Origin: a virus | Lineage: Duplodnaviria > Caudoviricetes | Virus record (IMG/VR): IMGVR_UViG_3300025502_001035 | Span: 1 to 24,865 of that record | Length of the DNA: 24,865 nt | Reading direction: 5' to 3' (one strand) | Part shown: positions 1 through 7,125 of the stretch, in pieces | Layout of the letters: every line of letters starts with the position of its first letter | How positions within the stretch are numbered: position 1 is the first letter of the stretch | Notes under the pieces: model-generated | Database searches by the model: none | Seen by the model: the letters and a program-made list of their open reading frames with translations, nothing else | Told to the model about the DNA's origin: nothing | Program-made: the position numbers and the translations under genes

Positions 1-31
1 TATACATAGCAGTTTAAGTATAATACTTTTG

Positions 32-63
32 AAAAACCCTGCTTTTTTAAGTGGGGTTTTTTA
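32..63 (+). terminator. Rho-independent terminator of an upstream, out-of-window gene
   Basis: AAAACCCTGC-loop-GTGGGGTTTT stem (two G-U pairs) running into a T tract. Confidence 0.7.
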
Positions 64-80
64 TTGGCTTAAATATCATT

Positions 81-323
81 ATGAATCCAAAACAAGAAGA
101 CTGGATATACGAAAGTCCTGATCGTGGTGAGACTGTATTTAGGCGTAAGTTCGGTGACAAGCATTTCCAGCGAGAAGAAATAACACCCGACAAGCCATTA
201 ACTATCTATAATGACTTTATGTGGATATACAGAAAAGACTGGGATGACCTAGCTAATAAACATCCAGCAGTAAAAGAACTTCTTGGGAAACTAATCACAA
301 TTACAAAGTTAGTAGACGAATGA
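81..323 (+). CDS. hypothetical phage protein
   Basis: The track start at 51 lies inside the terminator; ATG at 81 (MNPKQEDWIYESPDRGETVFRR) follows TAAATA at 70-75. Confidence 0.7.
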   Translation: MNPKQEDWIYESPDRGETVFRRKFGDKHFQREEITPDKPLTIYNDFMWIYRKDWDDLANKHPAVKELLGKLITITKLVDE

Positions 324-748
324 TAGTCTGTTGGACATTGGCAGATATTACTAATACAGGAGTTACTCGTATGCCTAGTAATAGTCCAAGTATAAAATTA
401 CGTAATCAGCAACGTAATTACGAAACATTTTTGCAATTAATAAGTATGCGTGGTCAGCCTACAGTTATAATAGCTCCAACAATGTTGACTAATAGAGATA
501 TTACTACACTACCCTTTGGCAAAACTTATCTTCAGGACCTGGGATTCAAATACAATGTGTGGATGTTTGCATTTGAAAGTGAGCAAGAAAAAGTATTTGA
601 TAATACAAGTGGACAATTAGGAGCGTTAATGTCTGATTTTAATGGTTGTCCTATCATAATTGGTATGGACGAAAATGCTAAAATAACTAATACAATCAAT
701 ACGATAGGTGAAAAGTGTAATACCTTTTTCCTACACCAAAACCAGTAA
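320..748 (+). CDS. hypothetical phage protein
   Basis: 142-aa ORF with ATGA overlap on the previous gene; no recognisable catalytic motif. Confidence 0.75.
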   Translation: MIVCWTLADITNTGVTRMPSNSPSIKLRNQQRNYETFLQLISMRGQPTVIIAPTMLTNRDITTLPFGKTYLQDLGFKYNVWMFAFESEQEKVFDNTSGQLGALMSDFNGCPIIIGMDENAKITNTINTIGEKCNTFFLHQNQ

Positions 749-752
749 CGAT

Positions 753-760
753 GATAAATA
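753..760 (+). promoter_or_regulatory. putative T4-type late promoter (GATAAATA)
   Basis: Intergenic NATAAATA motif upstream of the 862-2757 gene run. Confidence 0.55.
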
Positions 761-861
761 AACGCAAAGCATCACAGAACGAACACAAAGACTAGGCACA
801 TTAAGGCTCATTACCAACCCACTAGATTCAGTGATAGAAACCTATTGATGGAATTTATAAA

Positions 862-1140
862 ATGAGTGCTGTAAAAATTGAAAAAGAAAACCTAGAAGCT
901 CACGTGGAATTGTGTGCAGAGAGGTATAACGCATTGGAAGATAAACTCGACAACGTTGAGAGAAAAGTTAGTTCACTAGAACTAGTTGTTAATGAAATCA
1001 AAGAAATGATTACACATAACAATAATTCACGACAAAAACAATTAATCAAATATAGTGTAACCATAATCGGTTCGCTAATAGTATTAGTAGGATGGATGGC
1101 GGCAAACTATATGTTACCTTACATCTTTACTGCTGTATAA
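862..1140 (+). CDS. coiled-coil protein with C-terminal transmembrane helix (XhlA/holin-like architecture)
   Basis: Heptad-like N-terminus (LEDKLDNVERKVSSLE) followed by hydrophobic SVTIIGSLIVLVGWMAANYML. The function is inferred. Confidence 0.6.
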   Translation: MSAVKIEKENLEAHVELCAERYNALEDKLDNVERKVSSLELVVNEIKEMITHNNNSRQKQLIKYSVTIIGSLIVLVGWMAANYMLPYIFTAV

Positions 1141-1148
1141 TCGTGACT

Positions 1149-1613
1149 ATGGCAACTTTAACATTTGATAAATTTAACAGTCTTGCCAAGCAGAGTCTTG
1201 CATCAGTATCTAAAAATATAATTGTAAAAAAACAAAACACATACGAAGTATTTGGAGAGTTTAGAATAATTAAAGATGAATATGGTTTTGCTGTCCACCG
1301 TAATGGAAATGAAGTTGCATCTTTTCTTTCATCACGCAATGCTCTTAGCTATTGTATATTTCAAAAATACTTTCGTTATGAGGATGCTGGCTTATTAGAA
1401 AGATTAGACGGTAGATTACAGTCAAAGATATTTGATATTGAGGTAGCAAAAAATATTTTGACTAACTCAGCAGACCAATTAAAGAGATTCACAGCTTTAG
1501 CCAGAGTTGAAATATACATTGATGACACAAAGGTGATTAAAGAACAAATCAATGATGTTGTCAACATGGCTAAATACTTCCAACAAAGGGAATTAAACAA
1601 TGAAGTTAACTGA
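1149..1613 (+). CDS. hypothetical phage protein
   Basis: In-frame ATG at 1149 (MATLTFDKF) avoids a 49-nt overlap with the upstream gene. Confidence 0.7.
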   Translation: MATLTFDKFNSLAKQSLASVSKNIIVKKQNTYEVFGEFRIIKDEYGFAVHRNGNEVASFLSSRNALSYCIFQKYFRYEDAGLLERLDGRLQSKIFDIEVAKNILTNSADQLKRFTALARVEIYIDDTKVIKEQINDVVNMAKYFQQRELNNEVN

Positions 1614-2433
1614 TATACAACAAAAGACAGACGCTAAATTTATTAATCGCGTGATGAATGCACACTTTGAATCAAAAGTAAATGTTTCTGCATTGAAAGA
1701 AAATACTGCACGTACAATGCTTACTAAAGTTAGAGCGTTAATCAAAGAAACTAAAGGTACACACAAGTTCCATACCAGTGAGAAAAGCCCAGCTTATCTA
1801 CAACTGCTTATGATGGAACAATCACTAACTGCTCAATTACAAGAGTATGGTGCTGACAGTGCTAGGTATCAGGGTGGAACTGCTTATTCTGCAAATACTA
1901 CACCATCAGTGATGACAGACATTAAAGATGAAGATGAAGACGAAGACGAAGATGAAGACGAAATGGAAGAAGCATGTGGATCTTCACATAAAAAGAAAAA
2001 AATGAAAGAGTCTAAATTAACAGAATCAGAAGTTGAAACAGCACAGGTTGTTTTAGCCGCACAAGATATGTTAGATAAAGTACAAAGCATGTTAGAAGAT
2101 GTTGCAGATATGCAATTTAAAGATCTTCCTAATCTTGTCGAAATGATGAGAAATGAAGTTGGTGTTAATGAAGCACAGGCTTACCTAGATTCACAAACAG
2201 CAACACTATCTAGTTTAGTAACAACATTAGAACAAGCTAAAGCCGCCATGACAACAACAATGGCACCGTTAACGGGTGACCAAGCATTAACACCAGATGA
2301 GTTTGCTACAGAACCAGACTTAGATGCAGGTGTTGACAACGATACACCACCAGATTCTGGCATTGAAGCAGATAGCGATGGTGACATCACTGAACCAGAT
2401 TTAGAACCAGACCTAGGCAGAGAAAGAAGATAA
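1600..2433 (+). CDS. acidic protein, possible prohead core/internal head protein
   Basis: 277 aa with an acidic DE tract, basic patch, helical region and acidic tail; LxE sites (LKE, LQE, LTE) resemble T4 gp21-type cleavage sites. The function is inferred. Confidence 0.55.
   Translation: MKLTDIQQKTDAKFINRVMNAHFESKVNVSALKENTARTMLTKVRALIKETKGTHKFHTSEKSPAYLQLLMMEQSLTAQLQEYGADSARYQGGTAYSANTTPSVMTDIKDEDEDEDEDEDEMEEACGSSHKKKKMKESKLTESEVETAQVVLAAQDMLDKVQSMLEDVADMQFKDLPNLVEMMRNEVGVNEAQAYLDSQTATLSSLVTTLEQAKAAMTTTMAPLTGDQALTPDEFATEPDLDAGVDNDTPPDSGIEADSDGDITEPDLEPDLGRERR
1927..1962 (+). repeat. (GAYGAA)6 coding microsatellite encoding (DE)6
   Basis: GATGAA GATGAA GACGAA GACGAA GATGAA GACGAA. Confidence 0.9.
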
Positions 2434-2757
2434 ATGAAACTGTTTGAGGTCAGTGGACCCGCACTAGAACTAGCCTCTTTAGTACAGTACCTAATAGGTA
2501 AGAGTGACGAGCTTAATACTAAACCTCAAATTAAAACAGATACATTCATTGATATGGCAAGACAAACAGGTATAAACATATCGTTTAGTAATTTGCAAGC
2601 ACTATCAAATCAAAACCCTTTAAAAAATATGATCACAAATCTAAATCAAGACACTATTGAATTTGGAATTGCAAATGGTGATCAAAAAATGCCTGTTGAT
2701 AAAGCAAGAGATGTTGTTAAACAAATGGCAAAAAGATCACTACGCAAAAGAAATTAG
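2434..2757 (+). CDS. hypothetical protein, possibly head-associated
   Basis: 107 aa abutting the previous stop; MKLFE N-terminus parallels MKLTD of the upstream gene. Confidence 0.7.
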   Translation: MKLFEVSGPALELASLVQYLIGKSDELNTKPQIKTDTFIDMARQTGINISFSNLQALSNQNPLKNMITNLNQDTIEFGIANGDQKMPVDKARDVVKQMAKRSLRKRN

Positions 2758-2782
2758 ATAACTACTATTATATGCTCCAAGC

Positions 2783-2816
2783 AAGAACCCATTCTCTAGC
2801 CAGACTGGGTTTTTTT
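2783..2816 (+). terminator. Rho-independent terminator
   Basis: AACCCA.TCT / AGA.TGGGTT stem with one mismatch, followed by a T run. Confidence 0.7.
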
Positions 2817-2821
2817 ATGTC

Positions 2822-2853
2822 TTGACATTAGCTTATAAATAGTGTAGTATAAT
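2822..2853 (+). promoter_or_regulatory. sigma70-like promoter with a nested perfect T4 late promoter
   Basis: TTGACA 2822-2827, 17-nt spacer, TAGTAT 2845-2850 (TATAAT at 2848-2853); TATAAATA at 2834-2841; AGGAG RBS before iscU. Confidence 0.7.
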
Positions 2854-2877
2854 AATTGTATACAGGAGAAGTTTATT

Positions 2878-3261
2878 ATGGCTTATAGCGAAAAGGTATT
2901 AGATCATTACGAGAACCCAAGAAACGTAGGTTCTTTTGATAAAACTGACCCAACAGTTGGAACTGGCATGGTTGGTGCACCTGCTTGTGGTGATGTTATG
3001 AAACTACAAATTAAAGTAGAAGATGGAGTTATTACAGATGCGAAGTTCAAAACGTATGGATGTGGTTCTGCGATTGCAAGTTCAAGCCTTGTTACAGAAA
3101 TGCTCAAAGGCAAAACAATCGAGCAAGCACAAGAAATTAAAAATATGGAGATTGTTGAAGAACTATCTTTACCACCGGTAAAGATCCATTGCTCAGTACT
3201 AGCAGAAGATGCTATTAAAAGTGCATTAGCAGATTATAAGAGTAAACAAGAAACCGCATAA
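2878..3261 (+). CDS. iscU: Fe-S cluster scaffold IscU
   Basis: YSEKVLDHYENPRNVG, GAPACGDVM, KTYGCGSAIAS and the HscA-binding LPPVKIHC motif are all intact. Confidence 0.97.
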   Translation: MAYSEKVLDHYENPRNVGSFDKTDPTVGTGMVGAPACGDVMKLQIKVEDGVITDAKFKTYGCGSAIASSSLVTEMLKGKTIEQAQEIKNMEIVEELSLPPVKIHCSVLAEDAIKSALADYKSKQETA

Positions 3262-3431
3262 TGGAAGAAACTCAATCGCCCTGCGTGTCGATATGTGCTA
3301 TGGACAACGGTATATGTGTGGGGTGTGGGAGAACATCTAAGGAAGTTAGTGAGTGGCTTAACTATACAGATGAACAACGTATAACTATAATGGAAAGATT
3401 GGAGAAAGAACAAAATGATATCTTTAACTGA
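3261..3431 (+). CDS. DUF1289/YdhL-family small Cys protein (predicted Fe-S protein), 56 aa, absent from the ORF track
   Basis: Hand translation MEETQSPCVSICAMDNGICVGCGRTSKEVSEWLNYTDEQRITIMERLEKEQNDIFN shows the SPCxxxC..CxGCxRTxxExxxW signature; TAATG coupling to iscU. Confidence 0.88.
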   Translation: MEETQSPCVSICAMDNGICVGCGRTSKEVSEWLNYTDEQRITIMERLEKEQNDIFN

Positions 3432-3432
3432 T
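3413..3432 (+). repeat. 20-bp direct repeat, left copy (AAATGATATCTTTAACTGAT)
   Basis: Identical to 4645-4664. Confidence 0.95.
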
Positions 3433-3449
3433 GAAAATGGAGAAATAAA

Positions 3450-4646
3450 ATGAAAGTGTTATGTATATTATATGATGACCCTAAAGGTGGAATGCCTGAG
3501 AGTTATCCATTAAGCAATTTACCTAAAATAGACAAATATCCTGATGGCATGACATTGCCAAATCCTCAAGGACGAGATTTTAAACCTGGAGAATTATTAG
3601 GTTGTGTATCTGGTGAGTTAGGTCTTAGAAAGTTTTTAGAAGATGCTGGTCATACATTAGTCGTTACGTCTGACAAAGATGGCAAAGGATGTACGGCAGA
3701 TAAAGAATTAGTTGATGCAGATATTGTTATATCTCAACCATTTTGGCCATATTATGTAACAAGAGAATTGATGGAAACTGCCCCGAATTTAAAGATGGCG
3801 ATTACTGCCGGCATTGGTTCAGACCATGTTGACTTACAAGCCGCCATGGACCATAACATTGATGTTGTTGAAGTAACTTATTGTAACTCAAGGTCTGTTG
3901 CTGAACATATCATTATGCAGATTCTAGTTTTAGTAAGAGATTTTACTACTCAACATAAGATTGTTAATGATGGCGGTTGGCATATTGCTGATGCTGTTTC
4001 TAGGTCTTATGATGTAGAGGGTATGAATGTTGGTACAATTGCGGCTGGTCGTATTGGTCTAGATGTATTAAGAAAGATGGAGGCATTTGATGTACATCTC
4101 CATTACTTTGATAAACATAGATTAAGTATAGAACAAGAACAAAAGTTAAATCTTACATATCACGATTCAGTCGAATCAATGGTTGCAGTTTGTGATGTGA
4201 TTAACATTAGTTGTCCTTTACATCCTGAAACTGAACATCTGTTTGATGATGAGATGATTGCTAAATGTAAAAAAGGTGCTTATATAATTAATACTGCAAG
4301 AGGAAAGATTTGTGATAAAGATGCAATTGCTAGAGGTCTAGAATCAGGACATCTAAGTGGTTATGCTGGTGATGTATGGTTCCCACAACCTGCACCTAAT
4401 GACCATGTTTGGAGGACAATGCCAAATCATGCAATGACTCCTCATACATCTGGAACATCTCTATCTGCTCAGACTCGATATGCAGACGGAGTTAGAGAGA
4501 TATTAGAGTGTGTATTCAATGAGGTTGATATCAGAGATGAATATCTAATTGTTCAGAACGGAGAATTGGCTGGTGTTGGTGCTCACTCTTACACTAAAGG
4601 AACTTCAACAGGCGGCTCAGAAGAAGCGGCAGAGTTCAAAAAGTAA
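3450..4646 (+). CDS. fdh: NAD-dependent formate dehydrogenase (metal-independent, D-2-hydroxyacid dehydrogenase family)
   Basis: LLGCVSGELGLR, AGIGSDHVD, YCNS, AAGRIG Rossmann motif, YFD (NAD-specifying Asp), NTARG, WFPQP and TPHTSG; GGAGA RBS. Confidence 0.96.
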   Translation: MKVLCILYDDPKGGMPESYPLSNLPKIDKYPDGMTLPNPQGRDFKPGELLGCVSGELGLRKFLEDAGHTLVVTSDKDGKGCTADKELVDADIVISQPFWPYYVTRELMETAPNLKMAITAGIGSDHVDLQAAMDHNIDVVEVTYCNSRSVAEHIIMQILVLVRDFTTQHKIVNDGGWHIADAVSRSYDVEGMNVGTIAAGRIGLDVLRKMEAFDVHLHYFDKHRLSIEQEQKLNLTYHDSVESMVAVCDVINISCPLHPETEHLFDDEMIAKCKKGAYIINTARGKICDKDAIARGLESGHLSGYAGDVWFPQPAPNDHVWRTMPNHAMTPHTSGTSLSAQTRYADGVREILECVFNEVDIRDEYLIVQNGELAGVGAHSYTKGTSTGGSEEAAEFKK

Positions 4647-4664
4647 ATGATATCTTTAACTGAT
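4645..4664 (+). repeat. 20-bp direct repeat, right copy (start of iscA)
   Basis: Identical to 3413-3432; encodes MISLTD. Confidence 0.95.
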
Positions 4665-4967
4665 ATAGCGGCAGAGAAAGCTAGCAAAGCAATTACAAGC
4701 AGAGAAAATACTGTAGGGCTTCGTATTGGTGTAAAAACTACAGGGTGTTCAGGACTTGCTTACGTAATAGAGTTTGTTGACAGTATATTACCTGAAGACA
4801 ATACGTACACTGACAAGGGTGTTACACTAATAATAAATAAAAAAGATTTAACATACCTAGATGGCTTACAACTAGACTATCAGAAAAAAGGATTAAACGA
4901 AGGATATGAATTCATCAACCCAAATGAATCAGCAAGATGTGGATGCGGTGAAAGTTTCACGGTCTAA
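4647..4967 (+). CDS. iscA: A-type Fe-S carrier IscA
   Basis: GLRIGVKTTGCSGLAY, LDY, GLNEGYEFINPN and CGCGESF motifs. Confidence 0.95.
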   Translation: MISLTDIAAEKASKAITSRENTVGLRIGVKTTGCSGLAYVIEFVDSILPEDNTYTDKGVTLIINKKDLTYLDGLQLDYQKKGLNEGYEFINPNESARCGCGESFTV

Positions 4968-5925
4968 TAGGCGACTGTTTACTTTTGGATGCAGTTTTAC
5001 AAACTACCAATGGCCTACCTGGGCAGATATAGTAGGTCAGGAATTTAAAGAACACCAAAATTGGGGAGCAGTAGGAGGAGGTAATCTTTTTATACTCTGC
5101 TCACTCTTAGAAGCTATACAAAGAGAATCTATTAGTATTAACGACACTGTAATTGTAATGTGGTCATCTATAGGTAGAGAGGATAGATGGATCAAAGGAA
5201 GATGGGAAACTCCAGGTAGTATATATAATCAGCTTGTGTATCCCAAAGACTGGGTAGACAAATTTGCAGATCCAGATGGTTATTTAATACGTGACGCCGC
5301 ACTGATATCTGCAGTTATGAATACCTTAGATAACATTAAGTGTGAATATTACATGTTAAGCATGTTACCGTTCAACATCGTCAATGACGCAGATCTTAAT
5401 ATCCTACAAAAAATAAAATCTAAGTTCAACTTACTCAATGGTACTGAGAGACACAACACCATTGATTCAATAAGTGATACAAGTAAAGTATTAGAAATTT
5501 ATCAAGATGTGTTTGATAGAATACGCCCATCTGTCTTTGAGACCATATTTGATAATGATTGGTATAGCAGGAAAGGATTTAAGTCCATGACATGGATAGA
5601 AACCAGTTATAGAGATTCTAAAAACACATGGGCCCAACACTGGCCTCCCTATGAAGATTTTATTAACAAAGATGTTGATGATAAAACGCTACACGAAATA
5701 AAACAAGTTTATGACTTTGACAACCTAGACCAATTCTTAGAAGAAATTAAAAGATTTGAAAGTAGAAATGATCAGCACCCAACCCCCTTAGAGCATCTAG
5801 AATATCTAGATAGCGTATTACCAGAGATACTAATTAGCCAAGAAACTAGAAGTTGGACTGAAAAAAAACATCTAGATGCCGAAAAGGGAATTACCTGGGA
5901 AACAAAAAAAGTGGAGAGGCTATAG
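4948..5925 (+). CDS. SGNH-hydrolase-like phage protein
   Basis: RLFTFGCSFT N-terminal block, NWGAVGGGN, VIVMWSSIGRED and C-terminal DQHP. The start is uncertain (GTG 4948 preferred over ATG 4906). Confidence 0.6.
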   Translation: MKVSRSNRRLFTFGCSFTNYQWPTWADIVGQEFKEHQNWGAVGGGNLFILCSLLEAIQRESISINDTVIVMWSSIGREDRWIKGRWETPGSIYNQLVYPKDWVDKFADPDGYLIRDAALISAVMNTLDNIKCEYYMLSMLPFNIVNDADLNILQKIKSKFNLLNGTERHNTIDSISDTSKVLEIYQDVFDRIRPSVFETIFDNDWYSRKGFKSMTWIETSYRDSKNTWAQHWPPYEDFINKDVDDKTLHEIKQVYDFDNLDQFLEEIKRFESRNDQHPTPLEHLEYLDSVLPEILISQETRSWTEKKHLDAEKGITWETKKVERL

Positions 5926-5948
5926 CACCGTGCAAAAGGTATTTACGA

Positions 5949-6434
5949 ATGGCTGACTATAAATCTCTCTATCAAGAGGTCATCCTCGATCACAACAAGA
6001 AGCCGCGTAATTACGGTACCCTCGACCAAGCAAGTCACTCTGCGGCAGGCCATAACCCGCTGTGTGGTGATCACATTAAAGTGGCACTCAATCTTGAACA
6101 CGAGTGCATATCCTGTATAGTATTTCAGGGAGAATCATGTGCGATCTGCAAAGCGTCAGCGTCAATGATGACGACAGCCATTAAAGGTAAGTCCCGTACT
6201 GACGCAGAAGTTCTGATTCAGGAATTTCTTGCCATGGCTACTGGAAAACTCAGCCTTGACAAACTAAATCACATTGGACGGCTTGCGGTGTTTGCAGGTG
6301 TGTGCGACTTGCCTACACGTGTTAAGTGTGCAATACTGCCGTGGCACACGCTTCATGCCGCATTTAACTCAATTAACAGCACATCGACTGAAGCAGATGC
6401 AGACCCGATGCACGCCACAATAGGCAACGCATGA
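5949..6434 (+). CDS. sufU: SUF-system NifU-family protein SufU
   Basis: LYQEVILDHNKKPRN, NPLCGD, CAICKASASMM and RVKCAILPW, with the SufU-type insertion and no LPPVK motif. Confidence 0.92.
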   Translation: MADYKSLYQEVILDHNKKPRNYGTLDQASHSAAGHNPLCGDHIKVALNLEHECISCIVFQGESCAICKASASMMTTAIKGKSRTDAEVLIQEFLAMATGKLSLDKLNHIGRLAVFAGVCDLPTRVKCAILPWHTLHAAFNSINSTSTEADADPMHATIGNA

Positions 6435-6462
6435 TGTAATGCCGAATTTTTAGGGGGTTAAG

Positions 6463-7017
6463 ATGCCGAAAATAGCAGAAATTGAAGACACACCCAATCC
6501 GAACGCGGTGAAGTTTATTCTTAAAGAACCGCTGACTTGGGGGATAACACACTCGTACGACAACGCCGAGCAGGCGCAGGATGATACCCTTGCCTCCACA
6601 CTATTCGATATCGAACACGTGACCAATGTGTTTTACATCGATCGCTGGCTCACGGTCACACAGGACGGTGAAGCCGACTGGCCAGAATTAGTTCGTAAAG
6701 TCGCCGTGCCGATTCGAGCCGCACCAGCGGCAGAGGAGCAATCTGCTACCACTGTTGCGGCCTCTGCTGATACTGACCTAAGCCCTGAGGATCAGCGGCG
6801 CCTTGATGTGATCAACGTGATGTTGGACGAGCAGATCCGTCCTTCGCTACAAGGTGATGGCGGCGATCTAAAAATACTTGATCTCAACGGTAACCAGCTA
6901 ACAGTACACTACCAAGGTGCATGCGGAACCTGTCCGTCCTCAATAGCAGGAACGTTGCGTGGCATCGAGAATCTACTTCGATCAATTGAACCTGATATCG
7001 AACTTGTAGCTGTTTAA
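6463..7017 (+). CDS. Nfu/NifU-family Fe-S carrier (Nfu_N + NifU-C domains)
   Basis: TPNPNAVKF N-terminal motif; IRPSLQGDGGD...GACGTCPSS C-terminal CxxC. Confidence 0.92.
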   Translation: MPKIAEIEDTPNPNAVKFILKEPLTWGITHSYDNAEQAQDDTLASTLFDIEHVTNVFYIDRWLTVTQDGEADWPELVRKVAVPIRAAPAAEEQSATTVAASADTDLSPEDQRRLDVINVMLDEQIRPSLQGDGGDLKILDLNGNQLTVHYQGACGTCPSSIAGTLRGIENLLRSIEPDIELVAV

Positions 7018-7042
7018 GTTATTAACTCTGACAAAATAATAG

Positions 7043-7081
7043 TTGACATTATTAAAAAATCGTGTAAAATTGTATTAAATA
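7043..7081 (+). promoter_or_regulatory. sigma70-like promoter plus downstream TAAATA motif
   Basis: TTGACA 7043-7048, 16-nt spacer, TAAAAT 7065-7070; TAAATA 7076-7081. Confidence 0.55.
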
Positions 7082-7125
7082 GAACTTATCCTACGTAGTA
7101 ACACATTAAAAATCAAGGACACTGC

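Noticed and set aside
51-80. N-terminal extension of the first ORF from GTG 51
   Set aside because: It lies within the terminator stem and T tract; ATG 81 fits better.
751-795. Mini-ORF MINKRKASQNEHKD
   Set aside because: It overlaps the putative late promoter, has no RBS and has no other support.
2878-7017. Interpretation as a bacterial isc/suf chromosomal locus
   Set aside because: No iscR/iscS/hscAB or sufBCDS is present, and the flanks are phage genes with phage-type promoters.
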